This document shows positions 19,248 to 29,265 of a DNA stretch of 62,559 bases, in pieces. The DNA lies in assembly GCA_046259385.1 (NCBI GenBank), contig JBJYWI010000138.1:1-62559 (forward strand), given 5' to 3'. Numbering within the stretch: the first letter of the stretch is position 1; every line of letters begins with the position of its first letter. Source of the DNA: Anaerolineales bacterium. Its GTDB lineage: Bacteria > Chloroflexota > Anaerolineae > Anaerolineales > UBA4823. The notes under the pieces are model-generated. The model was not told the origin of the DNA and made no database searches. It worked only from the letters and a program-made list of their open reading frames with translations. Made by a program: the position numbers and the translations under genes.

Positions 19248-20399
19248 ATGTATCAGCGATCAAATCCTGTGGCAGGTAAACTGCGCTGGTTGTTTTTATA
19301 TTTCCTGGTAGTTTTGTTTTTGCTTGCAGGGAGCTCAGAGACCCGCTCCGCGATCGCCAATTCAGAGGAGAGTTGGGGTGGAGATGCACCTGTCTATATT
19401 CAAAATTCCATTGACCTACAATACCAATATTACCTTCCATTAATCCAGAATACTGAACCGGACCCAATTCCATACTACCTGGATCAGCTTAATTTTGACA
19501 GGATGGTGGAATATACAAGCGTCTTGGTGAATCATTTTGGACCGCGCCACCACGATTATTACCAGGTTTTTGTCGACAGCAACTGCAATTTCGGTTCACC
19601 GACTTATCAGAACCATAATCTTATCCGCGCGACCGTTTATATTTACCATAAGTTTGAGGAATTTGGATATTCTCCTTATTCGGAACCTGTGCCAGATTGG
19701 CATGATACGGAAAACACCCAAGCAAAAAAACTTGGGGCTGTGTATCCGGAAACATATATCGAAATTGGTGCACATGTGGACTCGGTCGCCACAACACCGG
19801 GAGCGAGCGACAATGCTGGCGCGGTGGCGGCGATGCTCGAAATTGCACGGGTATTGAAAGATTATCCAAACCGCCACTCATGGCGATTTATCTCCTTCGT
19901 TGGAGAGGAGAACTACCTGAGGGGAAGCCGCCACCATGTCACATTAATCGACACAAGCGGTGAGGGGATAAAAGCCGGGCTGATTATGGATGGGATAGGC
20001 TGGTCCGAATCCGCCCCGGAACACATGAATTGTCTCTGGGACAATGGAGATGGCGAAACACGCCGGCTTTCAAACATGTTCAATACGGTCAGGGGCGAGT
20101 ACGGGATTGATATCAACTGGCGATTGTGTTCCCCATCCGGACAGTGGTCTGATAATTATGCATATTGGGAGCGTGGATTGCCGGCTGTTCTGAGCATTGG
20201 AGGCTTGCCATATGCAGATCCGCACTACCACCAGTGTGGAGACAATATGGAGTCAATCGATATGCAGAATGTGTATAAAACAGCCCAGGAAAACCTGGCG
20301 GTTTTATTGAGACTGGATGCTGAAGAGAGCAATCCCGATGATTACCTGTCTGGTGAACCTACCCCTGCATTTCCTCCGGGTGAGATGCCGTCTCACTAA
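19248..20399 (+). CDS. Secreted M28 family metallopeptidase
   Basis: Signal peptide; GAHVDS, GASDNA, GEE, YH motifs; YYLPLI motif after the signal region. Confidence 0.8.
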   Translation: MYQRSNPVAGKLRWLFLYFLVVLFLLAGSSETRSAIANSEESWGGDAPVYIQNSIDLQYQYYLPLIQNTEPDPIPYYLDQLNFDRMVEYTSVLVNHFGPRHHDYYQVFVDSNCNFGSPTYQNHNLIRATVYIYHKFEEFGYSPYSEPVPDWHDTENTQAKKLGAVYPETYIEIGAHVDSVATTPGASDNAGAVAAMLEIARVLKDYPNRHSWRFISFVGEENYLRGSRHHVTLIDTSGEGIKAGLIMDGIGWSESAPEHMNCLWDNGDGETRRLSNMFNTVRGEYGIDINWRLCSPSGQWSDNYAYWERGLPAVLSIGGLPYADPHYHQCGDNMESIDMQNVYKTAQENLAVLLRLDAEESNPDDYLSGEPTPAFPPGEMPSH

Positions 20400-20406
20400 A
20401 TTATAT

Positions 20407-21687
20407 TTACATCCTGATTGTTTCATCCCTATCAGGACCTACTGAGACAAAACCAACCTTTACTCCGACAAGCTCTTCGATTTTACGAATATAATCCTGC
20501 GCTTCGACCGGAAGGTCGGCAAACCTTTTTGCATTCCGGGTGGACTGCTGCCATCCGGGCAATTCGATATATTCCGGCTTGCAAGATGCCAACCAGATTG
20601 CGTCCCCTTCCCAGTAACTGCTCAATCGATTGTTTTTTTCAATTGACCTGTACCCCACGCAGATTTTTATGGCTGGCATTGTGTCCAGCACATCAAGTTT
20701 AGTGATTGCAAGCTCGTCCACACCGTTCAATTGCGAGGTAAATCGAACAAGGTCCGCATCGAACCAACCACACCTTCTCGGGCGACCTGTTACTGTGCCG
20801 AACTCCTTTCCCTTCTGCTGTAGAATTTCGCTGACTTCATCAAACTGCTCGGTGGGCATCGGACCGCTACCCACTCTGGTCGTGTAGGCTTTCGCGACCC
20901 CGATTACGTTCGTTATCTTTCCCGGGGGGATCCCAAGCCCTGCCGCGGCGCCTCCGGCTAGCGGAACGGAAGCGGTACAGTATGGATAAGTGCCCCAGAT
21001 ATTATCCAGCAGCGCTCCCTGGGCACCCTCGAGCAGAATATCTTTCCCCGCCGCCAGCGATTCTTGAAGCAAGCCGAAAGACTCCCGGACAAAACCCTCC
21101 AGTTTCAGATACTGTTCGATTTTTTCCGCTTGGCAATAATTGGGTTCAATTGGCTCCAGGCCAAATTCTTGAAGGATAGGATTCTTGATTGCTAGTTGTG
21201 TCTGCATCTTCTCATTCAGGATGTTCTTATCCCTGAAGTCAAACAGGCGGATACCGTTATAGCTGACCTTATCAGCATAAGTTGGTCCAATGCCGCGCCG
21301 GGTGGTCCCAGTTTGGGATTTACCTTTTGCTTTTTCGTATATCGATTCGAGCATTGGATGCCAGGGCATAATCACGTTGCAGCGCGGCGAGACCCAAAGG
21401 CGGCCTTCAAGCTGGATACCTTTTACCTGGATCAATTCGATTTCAGAGATCAAGGTGTTCATGTTGACAACAACTCCAGGTCCAATAATGCAAATAGTGT
21501 CTGGGTTGTAAAAACCATTGGGTGTTAACCTCAATTTGAAGGTGCCGTACTGGTTAACTACAGTATGCCCGGCGTTATCCCCGCCGTTGAAACGGGCAAC
21601 GATATCTGCATTTTGGGAAAGTATATCCACCATCTTCCCTTTTGCTTCATCGCCCCACTGCGATCCAATGACTGCGGTTACGCTCAT
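20407..21687 (-). CDS. purA: Adenylosuccinate synthetase
   Basis: QWGDEAKGK, GGDNAGHT, EGAQG, KAYTTRVG, EFGTVTGRPRRCGW. Confidence 0.97.
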   Translation of the reverse strand: MSVTAVIGSQWGDEAKGKMVDILSQNADIVARFNGGDNAGHTVVNQYGTFKLRLTPNGFYNPDTICIIGPGVVVNMNTLISEIELIQVKGIQLEGRLWVSPRCNVIMPWHPMLESIYEKAKGKSQTGTTRRGIGPTYADKVSYNGIRLFDFRDKNILNEKMQTQLAIKNPILQEFGLEPIEPNYCQAEKIEQYLKLEGFVRESFGLLQESLAAGKDILLEGAQGALLDNIWGTYPYCTASVPLAGGAAAGLGIPPGKITNVIGVAKAYTTRVGSGPMPTEQFDEVSEILQQKGKEFGTVTGRPRRCGWFDADLVRFTSQLNGVDELAITKLDVLDTMPAIKICVGYRSIEKNNRLSSYWEGDAIWLASCKPEYIELPGWQQSTRNAKRFADLPVEAQDYIRKIEELVGVKVGFVSVGPDRDETIRM

Positions 21688-21736
21688 ATTGAATCCTTTC
21701 TTTTATTTTTCTGTTTTCAGTATTAAGGTTGGATTA

Positions 21737-22684
21737 CTAAACGGGATTGGTGAGGGGCTGAGGTTGAAAACGTTCATCACGCTCTATTGTTAATCTGATT
21801 CCTTCTGACAGTGAGAAGTATGGTTTATAACCTAGTTTCTGGCGTGCCAAAGTAATATCAGCGCACATCCTGGATACGCCTGGATCATTCTGTGTGTTCG
21901 TGATTACCTCGACTTTTTCGCCGGTGACTTCTATAACCATTTGTACCAGGTCGCGAATACTGGTCTCGTAACCGCTGCCGATGTTAATTACCGAATTATC
22001 CACCCCTGGAGCCGTAGAGGCTGCTATCATTGAGTTGACCACATCGTCGACAAATACATAGTCACGCGTCTGCAAGCCGTCTCCATGCATCACCAGAGTG
22101 CCGGAATGGGTCGCCTGCTTTAGGAAATTTGGAATCACCGGAGGGTGAGAAGGGGGCAGGCGCTGTCCGGGTCCGTAGGCGTTAAAGACACGCAAGGATA
22201 CTGTTTCTATTCCCCACAAATCGCCAATTGAGCGCACATAATATTCGGCAGCTAATTTTGATACCGCGTAAGGGGATGTCGGGTAAGGGGTAGCGTTTTC
22301 AATTAGCGGTTGTTCGAACTGGTTGCCATACACTGCTCCGGATGAGATAAATACCACCCGGCGTACACCCACATCCCGCATTGCCTCCATCAGGCTTACT
22401 GTCCCGCCAACATTTGTCGCATTGTATTCACGCGGATAGAGGATTGATTCCGGAACAGCCACGCGGGCTGCCAGATGGTAAACACAGTCAACATCCTGCA
22501 AAAGGGTCCATAGTTTTGGGCGATCATTTACATCACCCCGGGTAAATAATATATCCGAGGAAAGAGAGTTTTGATCTCCCGCTGAGAGGTCGTCAAGACC
22601 GCGTACTTGGTGACCTTCCTTAACAAGGTGGTTGGATAAATGCGACCCCAAGAAACCAGCCGCGCCGGTGATGAGAAAATTCAT
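21737..22684 (-). CDS. NAD-dependent epimerase/dehydratase
   Basis: TGAAGFLG, YAVSK (YxxxK), FNAYGP, TRDYVFV. Confidence 0.9.
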   Translation of the reverse strand: MNFLITGAAGFLGSHLSNHLVKEGHQVRGLDDLSAGDQNSLSSDILFTRGDVNDRPKLWTLLQDVDCVYHLAARVAVPESILYPREYNATNVGGTVSLMEAMRDVGVRRVVFISSGAVYGNQFEQPLIENATPYPTSPYAVSKLAAEYYVRSIGDLWGIETVSLRVFNAYGPGQRLPPSHPPVIPNFLKQATHSGTLVMHGDGLQTRDYVFVDDVVNSMIAASTAPGVDNSVINIGSGYETSIRDLVQMVIEVTGEKVEVITNTQNDPGVSRMCADITLARQKLGYKPYFSLSEGIRLTIERDERFQPQPLTNPV

Positions 22685-22868
22685 GCTGTCTTTCTTTCCC
22701 TCGAGATGGATGAATCGTCCTATTATAGCATGCCCGGTTGATTGAATAATTACTCCCCTGAAGCGTTTTCAATTTTCGCTCTTATTATTCTGTACATTAG
22801 TGAGTGTGTTACATAAAGTTTAACTTAAGCTATTTCTTAGTTGGGCATAAGCTCCAATTCAGCCCCAC

Positions 22869-24167
22869 GTGTTACAATCGCAGGCTGTGAACTACTTCAA
22901 TTTTACCGGCAGAATTGTTCGACTGTTTATTGTTATCGTTCTTGCGCTGGTTTTGCTCGGGAGCAGCAATATTGCCATCAGCGATACAATTGAAAGGGTA
23001 CGTTCATTTACACGTGGAATCGAGTTTGATTATTTTGACTGGACAGCAGATGCCATCGGTTTGAAGTTTGCTCTCTCCTCACAAGGGGTAAGCCGATACA
23101 TTGGAAACAATCGCCAGGTACAGCTAATCTACGACTACCTTGACCTGATAACCAGAATTCATCAAAAAGAACGCGAACTGCAATCAATTTTTGCTGATCC
23201 AAATATATTTGATCCCCTTGCTGCTTCGGAAGAAATCGAGACTGAACTTTCCCACCTATATGCCTATCGCAATCTAATCGCTCCTGTTTCGGAAGAAGTG
23301 CTACAGGGGCAAATACACCGCGTAATCGCTGATCTGGGAATCGGTCCGGGAGGGCAGCCGTTTCCTCCGGTTTTATACCACAACACACCTCTCCCGTATG
23401 CATTGATAGTCAGCCCGCGCGATTTTATCCGGCAGGATGCTGATATCTCTTTGATACCCGGCTTGTCTTTGGATGAGCAGGTTGCGCTGGAAGATAAAGT
23501 AGATCGGGGACTTAAAGTCTCGTCTCTTGTGGTTCCCATCGGGGGAGTTGGAGTATATCCGACCATGGTCCAGGAGACGAACAATCTGGTCTGGTTGAGC
23601 GAGGTAGTAGCGCATGAGTGGGTACACAATTTCTTAACTTTGCGCCCATTAGGGATAAATTACTTTTCAAGTCCTGAGTTAAGAGTGATGAATGAAACAA
23701 CGGCTTCAATTGCGGGCAAGGAAATTGGAACAGCGTTTCTGGAAAGGTTCTACCCGGAATTGGTGCCGCCTCCAGCTCCTGAGAAGAGCGAGGACACACC
23801 GGAATTGTTGGAACCAAATGAACCGCCAGCGTTTGATTTCCGAGCCGAGATGCACGAAACTCGGTTGAAAGTCGATGACCTGCTGGCTGAGGGAAAAGTT
23901 GAAGAGGCTGAGGCTTATATGGAAGCGCGGCGCAGGTTCTTTTGGGATCATGGATACCAGATCCGCAAGTTAAACCAGGCATATTTTGCTTTTTATGGTG
24001 CCTATGCAGATGAACCCGGCGGTCCAGCAGGCGCAGCGGAAGATCCGGTCGGTGAAGCCGTAAGAGAGTTGCGGAAGCAAAGCCCCTCCCTGGCAGCCTT
24101 TCTCAACCGCATCTCGTGGCTGTATTCATTCGAGCAGCTGGAACGAATTATTAATCATGGAGCTTAA
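22869..24167 (+). CDS. Putative membrane-anchored zinc aminopeptidase-like protein
   Basis: AHEWVH (HExxH) plus downstream NET Glu and LNQAY; N-terminal hydrophobic segment; start may be GTG 22887. Confidence 0.6.
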   Translation: MLQSQAVNYFNFTGRIVRLFIVIVLALVLLGSSNIAISDTIERVRSFTRGIEFDYFDWTADAIGLKFALSSQGVSRYIGNNRQVQLIYDYLDLITRIHQKERELQSIFADPNIFDPLAASEEIETELSHLYAYRNLIAPVSEEVLQGQIHRVIADLGIGPGGQPFPPVLYHNTPLPYALIVSPRDFIRQDADISLIPGLSLDEQVALEDKVDRGLKVSSLVVPIGGVGVYPTMVQETNNLVWLSEVVAHEWVHNFLTLRPLGINYFSSPELRVMNETTASIAGKEIGTAFLERFYPELVPPPAPEKSEDTPELLEPNEPPAFDFRAEMHETRLKVDDLLAEGKVEEAEAYMEARRRFFWDHGYQIRKLNQAYFAFYGAYADEPGGPAGAAEDPVGEAVRELRKQSPSLAAFLNRISWLYSFEQLERIINHGA

Positions 24168-24218
24168 AATGATTGGTAAAATGATATTAAATATCCAAAT
24201 TGTAAAAGGAGAAATCAA

Positions 24219-25553
24219 TTGGTGAAACACAGGTTTTTAATTGTGTTCCTGATCGGGGTTTTGTTTCTAACCGCATGTTCGCAGGTTTCTCGAGTGTCAG
24301 AAGATTCTGCAGTTGCGGAAGCGACAGACCTGGTGCAGGAGCAAGAAACGGACAAAAAATCAGGTTCTCAGGAAGAAGCTGGAGAGCTGCCCGATTCTAA
24401 AGAGAAAGAATCAGAACCTTTGGAAGCACTCTCTCCGGGCGAGTCCAGTGGGAGCCTTGCAACAAGTGAGGGTTGCAGGGAAAAAGATCCAATTGCAATC
24501 GCTTATGATGTTCTGTCGCCTCCAAATGATAATGATTGGATTTCAGGACCGGAGGATGCGCTGATTACAGTGATCGAATATGGCGATTTTCAGTGACCCG
24601 GCTGTGCAGGCATTGCGCCCGTGTTGGCGCAAATCAAAGAGGATTATTCTGGGGATGTAAGGGTTGTTTTCCGTCATTTTCCTTTGAATTCTCATGATAA
24701 AGCGAAGGTTGCGGTGCAGGCTTCGGAAGCGGCTGGCAAGCAGGGCAAATTCTGGGAAATGCACGACCTGTTATATGAAAAATTGCCTGAATGGAGGAAT
24801 TTTTCGATAGAAGAATTCACTCAATGGGTGGTACCACAGGCAGTCGAAATCGGATTGGATGAAGATCAATTTGAAGAGGATATGACCAGTCAGGAACTGA
24901 AGGATCTAGCCGAGCAGGCATGGGAAACTGGATCTAAATTTCTTCCCGGCACCCCGTTCATTATCGTAAATGGGCAACCCTACCAGGGTAATCTGAGCTA
25001 TGATGGACTCTCATCTTTTATTGATTTTAAATTGTTTGAAGGTGTAAACCGGTTTGAATGCCCTGAAATGGTAATTAATCCCCAGAAAGAATATACCGCC
25101 ACCATTGAAACAGAAAAAGGGGATATCGAGATTGAGCTGTATGCGGAACAAGCACCGTTGGCTGTCAACAGTTTTTTATTCCTTGCGGAGAATGGTTGGT
25201 TTGATAATGTGATCTTCCACCGGGTTATCCCTGGTTTTGTCGCTCAAACAGGTGACCCTACCGGAACCGGCATGGGCGGTCCTGGATATGAATTTGACAA
25301 TGAAATCAAACCTGAATTGAAATTTGATAAACCTGGTGTTGTGGGTATGGCGAACTCTGGACCGGACACTAACGGAAGCCAGTTTTTCATTACCTACGAA
25401 GAGATACCCAACCTTGATGGGAACTATACTATCTTCGGACAAGTTATTTCGGGGATGGATGTTGTTGAGAGTCTGACCCAAAGAGATCCATCTCAAACGG
25501 GAGAACTGCCAGTTGGTGATCGAATTTTAAGTGTCAAAATTTTAGAGAGCTAA
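24219..25553 (+). CDS. Probable selenoprotein: lipoprotein DsbA-type thiol-disulfide oxidoreductase fused to cyclophilin-type PPIase (444 aa, Sec126)
   Basis: ORFs 24219-24596 and 24621-25553 are in one frame, separated only by TGA 24594-24596 in EYGDFQ-TGA-PGC; RHFPL and GTP DsbA motifs; FHRVIPGFVAQTGDP, MANSG, NGSQFFIT cyclophilin motifs; LTAC lipobox; SD AGGAG at 24207-24211. Confidence 0.85.
24597..24632 (+). promoter_or_regulatory. Putative bacterial SECIS element
   Basis: Perfect 7-bp stem TTGCGCC (24613-24619) / GGCGCAA (24626-24632) with loop CGUGUU, about 24 nt 3' of the UGA. Confidence 0.7.
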
Positions 25554-25566
25554 CGAGTTATCTGAA

Positions 25567-26805
25567 TTGATCGAGGAATCGAATAAGAACAACTGGTTGA
25601 CAATTCTTCAGTTGGTATTTAGCGCTCTGGCGGTGATTGGTTTGTGGGCGCTGGCTTTGATTCTGCTTTTTTTTGGCGTTTTTGGAGTGGTTGATTTTCA
25701 AGGCATGGGTGGAGGAAGATTGCCGCTGTACCTTTCTGCGGCCGCGAGCGCAGCAGCCGGTCTTTTGCTGGTTCCATCTGCTGTATATTCATTCAACAGG
25801 GCTTCGGGACGGAAAATAACCCTTCGATACCCGGACAAGTGGTGGCTGCGGCCCAACATACTGATTTTCACCCTGCCTGCGGTGCTTTTGCTGGGCCACC
25901 ATGCTGCACAGAATGATTACTTATCTCTGTGGTTTTTGCCGGTTTTCCATATTTTTGCGGTTGGGCTGCCGATACTCTGGTTTCTTTATCTAGGCGTCCG
26001 CGACCTCCCGCTTGGTTCAAAGCAAAGAAGGTGGGGCGTGCTCGCCAGCGGTCTGGCATTGGGACCTTTCATGATTATGCTGGTTGAATTTTTACTGCTT
26101 GGTGTGGTGATTTTCGCTGGTGTGATCTTTTTATTAAACCAGCCAGATGGACTAAATGAGTTATACGCCAGCTTTGAGACATTGGTCAATTCGAGTGCGG
26201 ACCCTGATCAAATTGTAGCTAATCTGGGTCCATACTTCTTAAAACCGGGAATACTGTTATTGGTATTCTTATTTGTATCGGTAATTGTCCCGTTGGTTGA
26301 AGAGGCTCTTAAACCGGTCGGGGTATGGTTATTGATCAACCGGAGCTTAACTCCAACTGAAGGATTTGCGGCGGGGTTGATAAGCGGCGCAGGTTACGCT
26401 TTTTTTGAAAGCGCCGCACTTTCCAGTACGGCTGATGAATGGATGCTGGTGGTTGTCGCGCGGATCGGCACGGCTGTTATTCATATCCTAACAGCAGGTT
26501 TAATGGGCTGGGCGATGGTCTATTCATGGCGGTACAGCAAATACACCCGGCTGGGCTTAAGCTATGTGGGTGTAGTATGTTTACATGGATTATGGAACGG
26601 GCTTACATTATTGATGATGCTGGCTTTTATTGTTGAAGAATTTAATCCGGGTTTGGATGCCCCGTTTAGGGTGCCAGAAATTGACGCCGTCGTCCCTTTT
26701 ATGCTGGGAATGATAAGCCTTGCTGCTTTTCTAGCCCTGTTGTGGGTCAATGGATATCTTAATAAACAGCAAAGAGAAGAGAGCAGGCAAAGCGAAGCAG
26801 TGTGA
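25567..26805 (+). CDS. PrsW-family intramembrane metalloprotease
   Basis: Multi-TM; EEALK, FFES, H, HGLWN motifs. Confidence 0.75.
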   Translation: MIEESNKNNWLTILQLVFSALAVIGLWALALILLFFGVFGVVDFQGMGGGRLPLYLSAAASAAAGLLLVPSAVYSFNRASGRKITLRYPDKWWLRPNILIFTLPAVLLLGHHAAQNDYLSLWFLPVFHIFAVGLPILWFLYLGVRDLPLGSKQRRWGVLASGLALGPFMIMLVEFLLLGVVIFAGVIFLLNQPDGLNELYASFETLVNSSADPDQIVANLGPYFLKPGILLLVFLFVSVIVPLVEEALKPVGVWLLINRSLTPTEGFAAGLISGAGYAFFESAALSSTADEWMLVVVARIGTAVIHILTAGLMGWAMVYSWRYSKYTRLGLSYVGVVCLHGLWNGLTLLMMLAFIVEEFNPGLDAPFRVPEIDAVVPFMLGMISLAAFLALLWVNGYLNKQQREESRQSEAV

Positions 26806-26892
26806 ATATGAAAAGATTGCCAAAAAGCATGCTATAATCCCCCCCGCTGTTCCTGAATTTATTCCGTATAAGAACAACTCAACCACTAATTT

Positions 26893-27564
26893 ATGGAAAT
26901 CATTTCATATTTCATTGATTTTATTCTGCACCTTGACGAGCACCTAAGTACGATCATTCAGAATTACGGTACCTGGACTTACCTGATTCTGTTCGTGATT
27001 ATATTTATGGAGACGGGATTGGTTGTGACGCCGTTTCTGCCCGGAGATTCGCTTTTGTTTGCGGCAGGGACATTTGCCTCACCGGCGTTGGGTTCTGCAT
27101 TAAATATCTTCTTGCTGTGGGCGCTGCTGGTTGCGGCAGCAGTCATTGGGGATACAGTAAATTATTGGGTAGGGCATTTTATCGGACCGCGAGCTTTCAG
27201 TGGTGAGGTCCGTTTTCTCAAGAAAGAGTATCTCGACCGGACTCATGAATTTTATGAGAAACATGGCGGAAAGACGATTATTTTAGCCCGGTTCGTGCCA
27301 ATCATCAGGACGTTCGCGCCCTTTGTGGCTGGCGTTGGAGAGATGAGTTACGGGCGCTTTATTTCTTATAATGTAATCGGGGGGGTTTTATGGGTGAGTA
27401 TTTTTACAATGGGAGGTTATTTCTTCGGCAACCTACCGTTTGTCAAAGAAAATTTTACCGTTGTTGTGGTGGCGATTATCTTTATTTCCGTTTTACCGGC
27501 TGTTTACGAAATTGTGAAGGAACGACTTAATAAACCATCGAAGGCTGAAGCGCCTGATTATTAA
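26893..27564 (+). CDS. DedA family membrane protein
   Basis: [35 protein letters not shown]; extended -10 TGCTATAAT at 26830-26838. Confidence 0.93.
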   Translation: MEIISYFIDFILHLDEHLSTIIQNYGTWTYLILFVIIFMETGLVVTPFLPGDSLLFAAGTFASPALGSALNIFLLWALLVAAAVIGDTVNYWVGHFIGPRAFSGEVRFLKKEYLDRTHEFYEKHGGKTIILARFVPIIRTFAPFVAGVGEMSYGRFISYNVIGGVLWVSIFTMGGYFFGNLPFVKENFTVVVVAIIFISVLPAVYEIVKERLNKPSKAEAPDY

Positions 27565-27566
27565 GA

Positions 27567-27941
27567 TCAACCCAGGCTAATCGCAACCGCAACAGCGACC
27601 GCGTAGGTATGGGAGTGGCTCAGGCTTATAGACCATTTATCAAGGCGCAACTGGTCAGCGATAACCGCTGCCTGACCGTTCAAAAAAAGTTCCGGTTTAC
27701 CGGCTGTTCCCCTAAGAATTTCTATTTCCTTCCAGTTAATCGGACCTATGCCCGTTCCGAGCGCTTTTGCCACCGCCTCTTTTGCTGCGAAACGAGCTGC
27801 TAACGAGGCGGTTTTATCTCCTACTTCCAGCAATTCCCCTGGAGTAAAGATCCGGTTCAGGAAGTTTTCTCCATGGTCCTCAATTGCACTGGCGAGGCGG
27901 GTGATTTCTACAATATCAATTCCTGTAGCCAGGTTGTTCAT
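27567..27941 (-). CDS. acpS: Holo-ACP synthase
   Basis: [28 protein letters not shown]. Confidence 0.93.
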   Translation of the reverse strand: MNNLATGIDIVEITRLASAIEDHGENFLNRIFTPGELLEVGDKTASLAARFAAKEAVAKALGTGIGPINWKEIEILRGTAGKPELFLNGQAAVIADQLRLDKWSISLSHSHTYAVAVAVAISLG

Positions 27942-27947
27942 CTTATT

Positions 27948-29219
27948 TCAGGGACCAGCAACAGCGATAGCCAGATGTTCCGGTGAGAGGTATTTTTGGG
28001 CGGCTTCGAGTATGTGTTCTGCAGTTACTCCTTGAATGAGCTCGGGATATTCTCGGTAATAGTTTAATCCAAGCTGGTACCTTTCAAGGTTCATTATTGC
28101 AGCTGCTACCCCAGCGTTGCTTTCAAGAGAGAGCGGCAGCCGTCCAATAAAATTGGATTTACTGTCATTTAGTTCTTCTTCGTTTACCTTTTCGCTGACA
28201 AATCGTCTAATTTCTTCCCGGACAAGTTTAATTGTTTTATCTACATTGTCAGGCGAAACACCCGCTGATACATACCAGGGACCTGGTCCCAATCCGCCGC
28301 TCAGGCTGCTGCTGATGTGGTAAGCAAGGCCTGCATTTTCACGAACCACATCGCCCAACCGACCCATCATTCCAAACCGACCGAGTATATTGTTTCCGAT
28401 CGTTGCCGGAATAAAAAAATTTGATTTTCTTTCCGGACCTGGTGTGCCCAGAACGATGTCAGATTGAAATTTACCAGGAATCTGTAACCGTTCAATTCTT
28501 TCCTCAGAAAGAGGTTTTAACGGAGGCAATTTGACAGGCTCCGGTTGTTTAGGGTTTTTCCATTCTCCAAGTTTCTGGATTACCTTCTGAGCAGCGGTTT
28601 CCGGCTCTACTGCTCCCACAATGACGAGAACCATTCCCTGTGGTCCAATATGTTTTCTATGAAATAATTCCAGGTCTTCCCTGGTAATTTTTTGAATGGT
28701 TTCTGGATAACCGTCCTCGGGGCGGGAATAGGGGTGGTTTTTGTAGACGATCCGGTCAAAAGCCAGGGAGGCCATTTCCCCGGTATCCTGGGAACGCATC
28801 GCCAGTGAAGTTAATAACTGAGCGCGCAGGCGTTCAATCTGCTCTTCCGGGAAAGTTGGATGCTGGATTATTTCTGTGAGGATATCGAGCAACAGGTCAA
28901 GATCTTCTGCAAGGGATTTTCCATTAAAACTGACGCTATGGGTCGCTCCGCTAACAGCGAACGATGCGCCTGCCGATTCGAGAAGATCGAAGATCTTGTT
29001 AAAGTTAAATTTATCCGCACCTCGCATCAAGGCTGTTGCTGTGAAATCCGCTAGACCAAGTTTTTCTTCGGGATCGAAAAGACTGCCAGCGGTCAGGTAA
29101 CCACTAACCACAATGGAAGGGCTGTTGAAGTTCGCCCTGCATAATATAACTATCCCATTACCGAGTTCGACCCGGAAAATGTCATCTGCTCCTGGAAAGG
29201 CGGTTGTCGCTGGTATCAT
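27948..29219 (-). CDS. M16 family peptidase, non-catalytic partner subunit
   Basis: M16 fold motifs without HxxEH; VRENAGLAY; start moved to ATG 29219 to avoid overlap with the upstream gene. Confidence 0.8.
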   Translation of the reverse strand: MIPATTAFPGADDIFRVELGNGIVILCRANFNSPSIVVSGYLTAGSLFDPEEKLGLADFTATALMRGADKFNFNKIFDLLESAGASFAVSGATHSVSFNGKSLAEDLDLLLDILTEIIQHPTFPEEQIERLRAQLLTSLAMRSQDTGEMASLAFDRIVYKNHPYSRPEDGYPETIQKITREDLELFHRKHIGPQGMVLVIVGAVEPETAAQKVIQKLGEWKNPKQPEPVKLPPLKPLSEERIERLQIPGKFQSDIVLGTPGPERKSNFFIPATIGNNILGRFGMMGRLGDVVRENAGLAYHISSSLSGGLGPGPWYVSAGVSPDNVDKTIKLVREEIRRFVSEKVNEEELNDSKSNFIGRLPLSLESNAGVAAAIMNLERYQLGLNYYREYPELIQGVTAEHILEAAQKYLSPEHLAIAVAGP

Positions 29220-29265
29220 GGTTGCCGTGTAAATCTCATGTTCATTGATAAAAAAATATCTTTTA

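Noticed and set aside
24219-24596. 125-aa lipoprotein and 310-aa PPIase as two separate genes, or as a nonsense pseudogene
   Set aside because: The stop is TGA exactly at the catalytic Cys position, in frame, and followed by a SECIS-like hairpin; Sec read-through explains this better
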